The position numbers and the translations under genes are program-made. Shown here piece by piece: positions 13,567 to 25,707 of a stretch of DNA of 64,000 nucleotides. Every line of letters begins with the position of its first letter. Position 1 is the first letter of the stretch. Location: the NCBI RefSeq assembly GCF_006345805.1, contig NC_043005.1, positions 105,648,001 to 105,712,000 on the forward strand, in the 5' to 3' direction. The notes under the pieces were generated by a model. It had not been told where the DNA came from and searched no databases. It worked only from the letters and a program-made list of their open reading frames with translations. Origin of the DNA: Octopus sinensis. Lineage: Eukaryota.

Positions 13567-14056
13567 CGCGAAATTTTTTCCCCAGCAATGAACTCATTTG
13601 CATACAGCCAATCAGAGCTCACCTTGACCTTGTTGTCAAGTTAACAAACGCACTCTCAAGACGAAGAACGGTGTTGTAAGTCGACCGATCGCCAAGTTAT
13701 GCCTGATTTTAGAAGGAGACAAGTAATTGGATAGATTTGCATCTATACCTGTTATCGGATTTTGTGAGGGCCCCATATGGTAAAGATGTGGATGGGAAAA
13801 ATGTGGGTAGAGGGTGATGTGCTAGCAACCCTCTCCCCTTACTGCTTTACAAAGTAAACAACACAGAGGCAGCCATGGTTGAAACAAGAACAAGAACAAG
13901 CTTTATTAAGGGAAAGAAGCATGGTCAAGTGACCTTATCGTATCACCCATCACTTGTTATGCGCACATAAATTAGTTTGGTAGTTGAGCTCTGATTGGCT
14001 GTATGCAAATGAGTTCATAACTGGGATCCAGAACTCTCGTGGGAAAAAAAATTCAC
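13567..14056. mobile_element. MITE (about 490 bp) with long TIRs containing octamer and CCAAT motifs, copy 1
   Basis: ATGAACTCATTTGCATACAGCCAATCAGAGCTCA (13588-13621) is inverted at about 13985-14018. Homologous over its length to 42753-43295. Confidence 0.85.
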
Positions 14057-14282
14057 TGCCCGTATTTGTGCCTCGGGGGAGAACTTTCTAGGTGCAATCT
14101 CATGGTCTTTCGTGACCGAAGGGGTTCTTTACCCTTTTTGGTTTTGTTTTAGCACCACTACCACCACCACTGCCACTGTCATTACAAACATCGCCACCTC
14201 TAACACAACCATCGCCACTATTACCTTCACCACCATTATTACTACCTCCACCACAATCAGCATCATCTTTACAAATGTAATT

Positions 14283-14690
14283 AGGCGGTTGAATTGGAAA
14301 AACTGCTAGGACGCCGAGTGAAACGCTTAGCGGTATTTCGTCCGCCGTTACGTTCTGAGTTCAAATTCCGCCGAGGTCGACTTTGCCTTTCATCATTTCG
14401 GGGTCGATTAAATAAGTACCAGTTACGCACTGGGGTCGATATAATCGACTTAATCCGTTTGTCTGTCCTTGTTTGTCCACTCTGTGTTTAACTTCTTGTA
14501 CGTAGTAAAGAAATAGATATTTCGTCAGTCTTTACGTTCTGAGTTCAAATTCCGCCGAGGTCGACTTTACCCTTCATCCTGTCGTGGTCGATAAAGCAAG
14601 TACCAATTTGACATTCGGGTCGATGTAATCAGCTATCACGCGCCACAAAATTCCAGGCCTTGTGCTTATAATAGAAAGAATTATTAAAGA
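14283..14690 (+). mobile_element. Two head-to-tail SINE family A copies
   Basis: B box and GTCGACTTT.CC.TTCATC domain each occur twice. Confidence 0.85.
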
Positions 14691-14718
14691 TATAAAGAAA
14701 CAACTGCAATTATAACAG

Positions 14719-14749
<31 letters not shown>

Positions 14750-14826
14750 TACAACAAATATAACAACGGCAACAACACTAACAACAACAGTAACAGCATC
14801 AACGACCACAACAACAAAAGCAACAT

Positions 14827-14864
<38 letters not shown>

Positions 14865-15319
14865 ACGACAAGACTGGCAGCAGCAAGAAAAAAAAACCTT
14901 ACAGCAACAACTGTAGCAGTAACAACAACAAGAACGGCAACAAAAACCACAACAACAACAACTACGATAATAGCAGCAGCAACAACGAGAACAATAGCAG
15001 TCAGAACCCAAATCCTGAACAGATCAATAAAATTACAATAGAAATACCATTAAAAATTGGTGTTTAAGTGATTCAGTTGGCCATCTTTGTGATGTATGGG
15101 ATATATATACGATGCGCGTGTATGTGTTTATGCCTACATCTATATGTGTGTGTGCATGCGTGTGTACATACCATTCATACACACACACATATATATGCAT
15201 GCACATATATAAATGTGCTTCTTGTGGTAGATGTGATGTGTGTGATTGTGTATGTGCATACACATACAGAAACATACATATATGCACACATATGTTATAA
15301 TACATATGATGTGTGTTTG

Positions 15320-15434
15320 TGCGACTATATATATATATGTATATGTATACTTATGTGTCCGTTTGTGAATGTATATACGCATGTATACGTATCCATATGT
15401 ATAAGTGTGTCTGTGTGTATATATATATACATAT

Positions 15435-15531
<97 letters not shown>

Positions 15532-15700
15532 CACACACACACATATATATATACATATAAATATACATACATATATACATACAAACACACACATACACAT
15601 ATATGTACGCTAGTATGTATATTTGCATGTACGTAGGTACGCATATATTGTGTGTATGTGAGTGTGTGTGTGTGTGTGTATGAGAGAGTGTGTGTGTATG
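15320..15700. repeat. (TA)n/(CA)n/(TG)n compound microsatellite
   Basis: Direct reading. Confidence 0.95.
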
Positions 15701-15849
15701 TATGTGTGTGCATTGCGATCTTTGTATTATAGAACTGCAATTATGCAGGCATGATGTGTTTCCAACACTACCACCAATACCATCACTACCAACATCACCA
15801 CCGCTACCATCATCATCATCATCATCATCATCACCACCATTTTTATCAT

Positions 15850-16260
15850 TTTTTTACGTCTGCTTTTTCTATATTCGTTCGAGACGTACAGGTCTTTCCT
15901 AACACAATCAGACCACATTTTGCAGTTTCTCGTCGTGTGCTGTATCACCTTGATGTTCAGCTTTCGCCGTTTCGTCTCATGTCTTGCAGTGCCTTCCACG
16001 TCCACAAACTCATCCCACTTTGGTCACTCAGTACCTATTTGGCCCAACCATCTCGCATGCATTTCAATTTTCTTTCCCCCCCCCTCGCCCTCGAAAACTA
16101 CATCTGATTTCTCTCAGACATATTTTTTCTCTCAGCTCATTTATGTTCCTCGTTTTTGTGTACAACCATTATAAATACAGCCGAGCATCTTTGCATTCAG
16201 AACCCATGACCGACTACCATGCAGTATCACACTCCATACAATTTACCTAATGTGTGAAAT
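15850..16260 (-). pseudogene. Decayed RTE-type LINE C-terminal fragment
   Basis: Minus strand RWLGQ...VEG...KMWSDCVRKDL resembles the RTE RWFGH..VEG..W.D.V.KDL tail and is followed by a (GAT/GGT)n tail. Confidence 0.5.
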
Positions 16261-16389
16261 TTCGGACTGCATCAATGATTCATACATCTTCATGAAACTT
16301 AAGTAGCCATTCAGTATCTTGAATACTACCACACTTTATAAAGTACATTTGTAACTCTTTTATGAATAATGTTCTCAATATTTGTTCGA

Positions 16390-16545
16390 AGTATACATAC
16401 ATACATACATACATAAATGCATACGTACGTATGTACATACATACATACATACGTACGTACGTATGTACATACATACATGCATACGTACGTACGTATGTAC
16501 ATACACACATACATACACATACACAAATACATACATACGTATATA
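16390..16545. repeat. (TACA)n/(TACG)n microsatellite
   Basis: Direct reading. Confidence 0.95.
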
Positions 16546-16661
16546 TTGTTCTATATTTGTGAATTAATGAACATTTATCTTCCTACAAATTTATTATTAA
16601 TATGATTTTCTCCAATAATACAGACATATATATGAAGCAGACGTTTCTATATGTATGTATG

Positions 16662-16692
<31 letters not shown>

Positions 16693-16934
16693 TATACATA
16701 TATACACATTCATAAATGTGTATGTATGTGTGCGTAAATCAATCTATTAATATTAATAGATTTACATTATTAATGGCAATGTGAAAAAGTAGTGTGAGGA
16801 AGCAATCATGGCTATCGCTGGTAAAAACAAATGTTGCATGTGTGTATCTATGTGCAGGTTTTATGTATATATGACTGATTGCATGCATATATACAAGCGT
16901 ATGCATTTAGACATACACACGCTTACATGTGCAG

Positions 16935-16941
16935 ATTATTA

Positions 16942-17003
<62 letters not shown>

Positions 17004-17663
17004 ATCGTTATTATTATTATTATTATAATCGTTATTATTATTATTATTATAATCGTTATTATTATTATTATTATTATAATCGTTATTATTATTATTATTA
17101 TTATTATTGAGTGAGAGAGCAGTTCATGCCATAAAAGTGACACTGGGGTAAAATATACGAAGCCCCATATACCCATCATGGCTACCCGTCTGATAAGGGT
17201 ACACCAGGCACATGTATCGCAACCATAATGTGAGCGACACGGTGATCTCATATCAAGATAAACAGCACATGACTTGGCAGGTGGGACCCAGTTAAAATTT
17301 TCTTCAGATCGAGTAGCCCATCCCGCTCAAACGGTCCCTGAATAAAGGTTGTTTAAGGATGTTGAACGAAACACCCATGTTTCCAGGGGTGAATTGTTCA
17401 AACCCCAAGCAATTCCTCTGAACACATAGCTATGATTCTCCCCCACTACATCTGCCCGTGATCAGAGATGCACATATAACCAACCACAAAGGGACAAGCT
17501 CAACTGGTTAAGGTCAAGCAGCTGACAAGCAAATCTGTGGTATTGAGCAGAATATTTGCTGTAGCCCATCTTTTATAACAAGACAAAACAATGTACATGA
17601 TAACACTTCCAATCAGTTAAGATCAGAAGCCATGAGAGCCACTGCCTGGTACTGCATCAGGGC
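16935..17663 (-). mobile_element. Unclassified non-coding retroposon or LINE 3' UTR (17110-17663) with long (AAT)n tail
   Basis: Complex non-coding segment ending on the minus strand in about 170 bp of (AAT)n. Its other edge abuts the mariner TIR. Confidence 0.5.
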
Positions 17664-17669
17664 TTATTA

Positions 17670-18826
17670 TTAGGTTGTTTCACATGAAATGTCGTATTTG
17701 AAAGGTAACGATAAAATGTTTCAGAAGTGTTAGAGAACTGATTTATTTAATCGAAGTATGATCCAAGTTCATTTATGATGTTTACCCAAAGTTTCTCTGT
17801 CATATATTCCATTTTTTAAAACAAATTCATCTTTTGCTGTGATAAACTGTCTGAATGCTTCAATTACCTCTTCCCTTTGCAAAATCTCATAATTCAGGCT
17901 TTGCAACTTTTGGACCGTAGCTTGAGGAGTGTGAGGACGTGCATTGACGTGGAGCAAAATTGGGCCATCTCTATTCACTAGTCTGGGTTGCTTCTCTTTC
18001 AAATTCTCATGCATACAATCAATTTCTTGGCAATAAGATGTTGCTGTTACCGTTTTCTTGTTGCAAAAATAAACAATGAATAACTCACTTCGCAGACCAC
18101 CATACAGTGACCCCCTAACTTTTTATGGTGCAATGGGGGGTTTGGGTAGTGTTTAGGTGACTCTCCTGCATCTAATCACTGTCCTGTTCTCCTGTTGTCA
18201 AAGAGTATCCATTTTTCATCATAAGTAATGATTTGATGCATAAAATGGTCTTTTTCCAGTTGAGAAAGCAATAAGGAGCACACTACGGGGCGTCTGTTTT
18301 TTTTAATCTCGCTCGGTTGGTGTGGAACAAACCTATCCGTTTCCTTGACTTTTCCATTTTTTTACAGGTGTCCAAAACAGTTGTGCGAGATGTTTGGAGT
18401 TCTGATGAAAGTTTTCGAACCTTTATTCTCGGATTTTGTTCAACCAAAGCATTTATTCCATCGTGCCGAATAACTGATTTTGGCCTACTCATTGGTTTAT
18501 TTTCAATGCTATCATCTCCTGAACGAGAGCTTTGGAACCATCTCTGAACAGTTCTGATGTTAACAAAACCATTACCAAAGGCCCGCTTGATATTCCATAG
18601 AGCTTCTGCGGCAGAGTGACCCAGTTTGTACTCATACATGAAAATCACTCAACATAGTTTGGTTGTTATCATTTTCATAAGGCCTGTGGGTACGAAATTT
18701 ATATACTACAATTGTAGGGAAAGGAAAAGAGTCAAGATTAAATGCAAGGTATACATAATTGAGTTTTTTAAATGACTGAAATAACAAGTAATTAAAAATT
18801 GTGACATTTCATGTGAAACAACCAAT
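17670..18826 (-). mobile_element. Full-span, internally deleted mariner (Hsmar1/SETMAR-like) with both TIRs
   Basis: TIRs TTAGGTTGTTTCACATGAAATGTC (17670-17693) and GACATTTCATGTGAAACAACCAAT (18803-18826). Translates YEYKLGHSAAEA..VNIRTVQRWF, YDEKW, LHVNARPH; the YSPDL/third-Asp region is missing. Confidence 0.9.
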
Positions 18827-18839
18827 TTTGTTGTTGTTG

Positions 18840-18898
<59 letters not shown>

Positions 18899-18929
18899 GT
18901 TGTTGTTGTTGTTGTTGTTATTAGCAGTA

Positions 18930-19110
18930 GTGTTATGCTTAGCGGCATTTCGTCCATCTTTAAGTACTGAGTTCAAATTCCACCGAGGTCAACTTTGTCT
19001 TTCTTCCTTTCGGGGTCAATAAAATAAGAGCCAGTTGAACACTGGAGGTCGCTGTAATCGACAGACAGTCCCCTTCCGCTCAATTGCAGGCTTGTGCCTT
19101 TAGTAGAAAG
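18930..19110 (+). mobile_element. Degenerate SINE family A variant
   Basis: GAGTTCAAATTCCACCGAGGTCAACTTTG..CTTTCGGGGTCAAT. Confidence 0.75.
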
Positions 19111-19499
19111 AATGATTATTAGTATGGTGGTGAACATTTTGCCCGCATTTTGCTTCGAAGCATCACTTCCGACTTTCGTAAGCACCAGCCGTGAACTGCG
19201 GTGAACAGAATCGTCTATCACCCCTCCATCACACTTCATCTCTTGTCTCTATTCTGTATGCATGTGCATGCGATGTGTGTGTAACTGTGCAAAATGTCTT
19301 TAATGGTCTTGCATACATACATACATACATACATACATACATACATACTCACGCACACACAAACGCACACACAAACGCACACATATACACACATGCACAT
19401 ACGAGGGCCGGCTGAAAAGATCATACGCTGACCAAGATACTCTCATGTAATGTTACTAAATGAGGTTTATTTTTTGCCCTGTTTTTACAGGGAATTCAT

Positions 19500-21224
19500 G
19501 GCTCAAATTGGTAACTGTTTAGTAGTATTTGATTTCTTTTGTAGTGTTCAATATCCATAATAACTATTGCACTTCCCTTCTCTGCTTCCTTAATTATAAT
19601 CTCGTTATTGTTTTTCAGTTCGTGTATAATATCCCATTCCTTTCAACTTGTATTGGGCTTGATTTTAGGGTGTGCAAGTTCTTTATATCGGAAGGTAGAA
19701 ATAAAATCACAAAATTTATCGAAACCTTACCTTTCGTAGGCTTGTAATTACTTTTGTTTCTTACGATTGAATCGTCCCTGATTTCTTTATCGTACAATTC
19801 TCTGTTAGGCGTAGTTTTCTACAAAACTGTGAAATGTCGTTCTGTAATTTCACTGGAGTTAGCGTACTGCGGTGCTGGGGTAAATTTTAGGCCTTTTGAC
19901 AAAATATTAATTTCTACTGAGAAAGTTTTTTTTCGATAGGTTGATTATTTTCGGTTTCTCATCTTCGGTTTGTACCATCTGGTGTCGAGAACTCTGTCGG
20001 TTGGATCTAAAAAATGATTTCTTAAAACTTTTCTTTTACTAGTATTTATATATCCAAGGACATTTTCTCTGTTAACTTGCGGTATTTCGTTTCGATTTTG
20101 TACATTTGTTGTTCTGGATTGTGTTCGTTTCTTTCTGTAATTGTCTTTTAAGTTGATATTCTGTTTTTATTCGTTGTGTATGTCTTCGGTTTTGGGGAAA
20201 GTTCAGTCCAGTCGGACGGAACACTTCGACTGTTTTAGTTGGATCATTTTGTTGTCGAAGTAGTCTTGAACTGTCCTTATGGAATTGGTGACTATAATTC
20301 CCATATTTAGGTGTTTTATTCATCACTTGTGAATGGGGTTTGTGGATTTTAACTTTCTTTAGGAACGGATTCTTGGTAGAGTATTCGTTTTTAAAATGAG
20401 ATTCATAATTGGTGAACCAAAGAGCACTTCTCTCCCGCCGTTGAAGAGATGTTAATTCCTCGTATTTACATTTTTCTTTCCAAAGTTTAATACTGTTTTC
20501 TCGGCTTTGGAATGTTTTAAAAACTTCTGTTTGCATTTCTGCATCAATCGTCTTAAATTTTTCTTCGTAGGAATTTGCTCTTAGCCGTAATAGCTGGGTT
20601 TCCATTCTGAATCTGAGTTTTGTTCTTGTTCGGGTTCATTAGCGATAGGTTTTATTCGTGCTTTCTTTGGAGGAGATGATCGGTATTGAATTGAGCCATT
20701 TCTCATATATTTCCGCTTTGCTATTATTCTAAATGAAGTTCCAAAACGCAAATTCACGGGCTGTGAGGTTTTGGTTCCATATATGTTTAATAGTGTTTTC
20801 GATTGCAGAGGTTTCTCGTTGCAGTTTGAGGTTATCTTCTTGTTCATTTCTGGGATTTTGTTCCAACTTCTGGGGCATCACTGTTTCTATAGTTTTACAA
20901 AACTGGTTGAGGTTTTGGATAACTTGTTTCTTCCGTTTCATTGTCCGTTTTTTCCGTCCTTGTTTTTCTATACATTCGCTGCTTTCTTCCAAGGAATCTA
21001 ATGCTCTTAGCTTAGTTTTTCCTTTGGGCTGGCCAGATTGGAGCAATCTCAAGAATAATCGGCTGAAATTGCGAGGATAATCTGGTGCTTGACTGAGGAA
21101 ATAAAACTTCGAATGACCCGTCCTTGGTTTCTTTGTATCATCTATCTGGATGTTTTGTTATCCCTTTTTGTATCACCTAGCTGTCCAGATGTTTTGCGTT
21201 CTTGTCCCATTTTGTATTTTTTTA

Positions 21225-21230
<6 letters not shown>
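19500..21230 (-). pseudogene. Penelope-like element, 5' half (long N-terminal region to the start of RT) with a terminal-repeat segment at about 20930-21230
   Basis: Minus strand gives KPKIINLS, ILSKGLKFTPAP, DISQFCRKLRLTE, YDKEIRDDSIVRNKSNYKPTKGK, IIIKEAEKGSAIVIMD. This is collinear with the start of ORF 23013. 21000-21230 is homologous to 52560-52810. Confidence 0.85.
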
Positions 21231-21260
<30 letters not shown>

Positions 21261-22571
21261 TATGAGACCAATGTATATGTACGCTGCTATATATATATAT
21301 CTAAATGCTCTGGAAGAGTTCAATATCCTCCTGAACAACCCACACCCATCTCTCCAATTTACAAAGTAGATGAGTAGTACCAAATTACCATTCCTAGATA
21401 TAATGGTAATTAAAAAGGACACCACCATCACCACAGATATATACTATAAACACACAGACACACATCAATACCTGAATTTTAAGTCGTGCCATCTACCATA
21501 TACAAAACGCAACATCCCATACTGCCTAGCCAGAAGAATTTGTACCATTGTAGAAGATGCAAATATCAGGAACAAACGCCTAACAGAACGAAGAATTTTT
21601 GCTCAAACAAAAATACCCATCTATACTTATAGAAAATGGCATACAGCGGGCTATAAAAATACCCATACAACAACTTAGGACAACCCAATAAAGAGGAAAA
21701 CAAGAACAAATCATACCATTAATAGTGGCACACAACCCATGTCACCAGAATATCTTCAACATTGCCAAAGCAAACCTACCAATCATTGCTCAAAGTAATG
21801 AATTAAAAGATATAATCACGGATCAAGCTATGGTTCTTAGTAAAAGACAGCCTAAAAACTTGAAAAAACTACTAACAAATGCAAAATTTGACTTTAGCAA
21901 CAAAGACCAAACATTCACTGTATCTAAATGCAATGATAGCCGAGGTGGCACATGCCAATTCATACATACCGGCCAATATATAAACACAAAAACCGGGAAA
22001 ATATTCACAAACGCGAATATGAACTGCAAAAGCAGAAATTTAATTTACTGCATCAAATGCCCAAATTGTGAAGAAATATATGTAGGTCAGACGGGAAATG
22101 CACTCTCAGAACGCTCACGTGTACACCGACAACAGATAGAGACCCAGAAAATATATATAATATTTCCATTCTACAAATTACACAGCCCAAGTGAAATCGA
22201 GAGGAAAATCAGAGAAAAGAATTTTATTGATAAATTCGAACCCAAGCTAAATAAGCAATAATAATAATACTTAGAGGTACTACTTCTACTACTACGACCA
22301 TGACCACTAACAACAACAACAATACTAAAGGTGATCAATATGAAGATAGCAGGAAAATTATCTTATTTAGGGTTAAAAATTCTATTGCCACCACCATCAC
22401 CACTAGCAACAATAATTAAGGTGCTGACAATGATGATGATGACAATTGAAATATAAAAATTCCTGACAAAGGCTATTTACAACATTTCTAAAAAATAGCC
22501 CAACAATTGCTGCCTCGGCCAGGGTTAAGATACAGGACTCCTGACATGTCCAACAAAGCGTGACGCCTAAA

Positions 22572-22713
22572 CCAATCAGCTCAACCAACCAATCAGCTTG
22601 AGTAATTGAGTGATACTACACACTGATTGGTCAGAATACAGTTTGCAAAACCTAGCAATCTGGAGCCTACACAGGTGTATTTAAGGCACAGCTTTAACCA
22701 TCTCACTACAGTC
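22572..22713 (+). promoter_or_regulatory. Putative pLTR Pol II promoter: three CCAAT boxes, TATA-like TATTTAA, Inr-like site
   Basis: CCAAT at 22572 and 22589, ATTGG at 22626, TATTTAA at 22678-22684, ACAGTC 30 nt downstream; AATAAA at 22878. Confidence 0.5.
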
Positions 22714-22748
22714 AAAAATTGTGAAGCATGACTGTCACCACTACTACA

Positions 22749-22794
22749 TGAACCTGAAGATTGCATAATTTAATGCATGAAAGTACTAGTTCAA
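22749..22794 (+). ncRNA. Minimal hammerhead ribozyme (CUGAAGA core, CUA cleavage site)
   Basis: TGAAC-CTGAAGA-T-TGCAT-AATTTTA-ATGCA-T-GAA-AGTACT-A-GTTCA: perfect 5-bp stem I, palindromic stem III, U.U at the base of stem II. Confidence 0.8.
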
Positions 22795-22915
22795 TCAGAA
22801 TGAACATTTAACATTCTATTATTTTATTTTATTTAATTATATTATATTATCTTATATTATATCATTATAAGATTGTAAATAAAACGTGAAAATCAGACAA
22901 GGTTGGAATTCCTTT

Positions 22916-22962
<47 letters not shown>

Positions 22963-23012
22963 CCAAAGGACTCAAGTTTACACCCACCCCACAACACCCC
23001 AACTACAACGAA

Positions 23013-24509
23013 ATGAAAGAAGACATCGCAGAATTCTGCAGAAAATTAAGACTTACTGAGGAGCTATACGATAAATACAACGAGGACGAATCGTTAGCCA
23101 GAAATAGGAGTAACTACACCCCCTCGAAAGGTAAGAACAAAACACTTGATGATTTCTGTGACCACATATCTAATTACCCATATCAACATATGCACAAACA
23201 AAAACACAAACCAAACTTCAGCAAAAAAGAATGGGCTGAGTTGAACAAATTAAAACAAGATAAAACAATAACAATCAAAGAGGCCGATAAAGGGAGTGCT
23301 GTTGTCTTAATGGATACGACTTTTTACATAACCTTGGTTCTTTCTATGCTGGAAGACACAACATACTATGAAAAGGCACAAAACTACAGTCAACAAAAAA
23401 TAATGAGGGAACTAAAATCCATATTTAACCCATACAAAGCAGGGCTCACCGACAAAGAATATGATTATATGACCAATTTCACAAGTAAAACTAGCCAATT
23501 CTACGGTATACCTAAGATCCACAAAAGTGAAAAAATAAGCAACGCATGCAAGATAGCCACAGACAAAATAATTAAAGTCCCTAATCCTAATGACCTCAAA
23601 TTGAGACCCATAATAGCAGGTCCCGCATGCGAAACCCACCGCCTCAGTAACTTTTTAGACACCCTGTTAAAACCACTCCTCAAACATGTCAAAAGCTATA
23701 TAAGGGACGACTTAGATATGCTCAATCACCTACCGAATACTATAAACCAAAACACCATACTGGTATCCTTCGATGTAGTCAACCTCTACTCCAATATCCC
23801 CCACAACCTAGGACTAGAGGCAATCCAATTCTGGCTAGAGAATCACGCCAACGAACTACCACACCGCATCAAAAAAGAATTCGTGATAGAAGGGGTTAAA
23901 TTCATCCTGGAAAATAACTTCTTCGCCTTCAATGACAACTTCTACCGACAAAAATCGGGGACTGCGATGGGTACACGAATGGCCCCCTCCTTTGCCAACC
24001 TAGTCATAGGATACCTAGAGATCAGTCTATATCGTAAGGTTCTAGAAAGATATGGCAGCCCTTTCTCCATCTACATAGAAAACAACTGGAAGAGATACCT
24101 AGATGACTGTTTCATTCTTTGGCATAAAAATATAGAAAAACTCATAGAATTCCAGGAAATTTTAAACGGGCTGGACGTAAACATCCAATTCACGATGGAA
24201 TATAGCCAGCAACAACTTCCCTTCCTCGATATCCTCATTAAGAAAGCTAATAATATAATAGAAACAGACATATACTATAAACCTACAGACTCTAAGCAAT
24301 ATCTTCCATTCAATTCATGCCACCCCAGACACACTAGGATGAATATCCCCTTCAATCTAGCAAAAAGGATATGCACTATAGTCTCTAACGCAAACACCAG
24401 AGACACACGACTACAAGAACTAAAGATACCCTTATCACCAGGAACTATCCACCTTCACTTATTGACAAGTGCATTCAACGTGCCCTTCAACTTAACATCA
24501 AGGAACTGA
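23013..24509 (+). CDS. PLE reverse transcriptase (true frame shifts at about 24423)
   Basis: IKEADKGSAVV, FYGIPKIHK, LRPIIAG, SFDVVNLYSNIP, GTAMGTRMAPSFANL, RYLDDCF, LPFLD. Confidence 0.93.
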   Translation: MKEDIAEFCRKLRLTEELYDKYNEDESLARNRSNYTPSKGKNKTLDDFCDHISNYPYQHMHKQKHKPNFSKKEWAELNKLKQDKTITIKEADKGSAVVLMDTTFYITLVLSMLEDTTYYEKAQNYSQQKIMRELKSIFNPYKAGLTDKEYDYMTNFTSKTSQFYGIPKIHKSEKISNACKIATDKIIKVPNPNDLKLRPIIAGPACETHRLSNFLDTLLKPLLKHVKSYIRDDLDMLNHLPNTINQNTILVSFDVVNLYSNIPHNLGLEAIQFWLENHANELPHRIKKEFVIEGVKFILENNFFAFNDNFYRQKSGTAMGTRMAPSFANLVIGYLEISLYRKVLERYGSPFSIYIENNWKRYLDDCFILWHKNIEKLIEFQEILNGLDVNIQFTMEYSQQQLPFLDILIKKANNIIETDIYYKPTDSKQYLPFNSCHPRHTRMNIPFNLAKRICTIVSNANTRDTRLQELKIPLSPGTIHLHLLTSAFNVPFNLTSRN

Positions 24510-24836
24510 GACATCCCAAATCAAAGAAAAACTTACAACCAAAAGCCTTACCATACATCTCCACACACAACCCTCTTAATAACGAAGCCTTCGGCACCAT
24601 CCTCCACAACATACCCCTCCTAAAAAAGACCACAGAATGAACACAATCCTCCAAACACACACGATCATAAAAAGCAAAAGACAGCCTAGATCCATGAAAA
24701 GTCTTCTAACACAAGCCCGAATTCACTCTTCAACACAGAAGCCGACAGTAAAAAATGTGGAAGACCCAATTGCGGGATATGCGACTATCTAATCGAGGAT
24801 TCTGAGTTCTCCTTCAAACAGGGACAACGGTTTACA

Positions 24837-25163
24837 GTGAAAAGCAACTTCACATGTGCTTCGGAGAACCTAATATACTCACTAACCTGCTCCGGGTGTC
24901 AAGAGCAGTACATAGGCCAAACAAAAAATGGTTTGCGTAAACGAATGGCCCTGCACAGATCCCAGATAAAAATTCCCCAAAACAGAAAAATAGCTTTTAG
25001 CCAACACATAGATACTTGCGCCAACAAAAAAACACCAAACTTCAGAATTTTCCCCCTCTACCAATTTAGGGACGATACAACCTCGAGACAACGAATAAGT
25101 AAAGAAAATCTCTTTATTATAAAATACAGGCCACTTCTTAACGGGTCTACGACAAACAATTAA
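24837..25163 (+). CDS. PLE GIY-YIG endonuclease domain
   Basis: NLIYSLTCSGCQEQYIGQT..LRKRMALH..FSQH..KENLFI..RPLLN. Confidence 0.92.
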   Translation: MKSNFTCASENLIYSLTCSGCQEQYIGQTKNGLRKRMALHRSQIKIPQNRKIAFSQHIDTCANKKTPNFRIFPLYQFRDDTTSRQRISKENLFIIKYRPLLNGSTTNN

Positions 25164-25707
25164 TATAGCTCAACTTAAGAATAAAAGAAATATATATACA
25201 CACACAAATATTACATTCCATAGAATCCATTACTAATCGCCCCAAAACAGCTATATCTTCACCCATTCATATTCTCCCTTCTCTGTTTTTTCTTCTTCTC
25301 CCTCTTCTTCTCCTTCTTCATCATCATCGTTATCATCATCATCGTCGTCATCGTCATCACCACCATCATCATCGTCATCTTCTCCTTCTCCTTCTTCTTC
25401 TTCATCGTCATCATCATCGGCACCGTCATCTTCTTCTTCTTCTTCTACTTCTCCACCTTCTACCCCCACTAATGTCTTAAAGTATAACGCCTACGCAGCG
25501 ACTGCCGGTCGCCACTGACCAGCCCAGATTTTCCCACTCCCACCCCCTCAAGAACTCACAACGACCTCGAATACACAAGTGCAAACAAGGGAGTCAGAGA
25601 AAGGCAGAATGCCACATATATCTGAACACTACTATGGAAGTATTCCTTAAAAAAAACCTTTCTTCTAATTTTTCTAAATTTTTCAAAATTTAATTATTTA
25701 ATCGTTA

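Larger units (their letters stand above)
21296..22890 (+). mobile_element. 5'-truncated Neptune-type Penelope-like element (RT thumb, linker, GIY-YIG, pLTR)
   Basis: LQFT..LPFLD..DIYYKHTDTHQYLNFKSCH..NIPYCLARRICTIV; CNDSRGGTC linker; NLIYCIKCPNCEEIYVGQTGNAL (GIY-YIG); ends PKLN. Confidence 0.92.

Noticed and set aside
21085-21128. CTGAGGA..GAATGACCCGTC motif (and its homolog at 52620-52655) as a hammerhead
   Set aside because: No valid A15.1-U16.1 pair and stem I without extra insertions.
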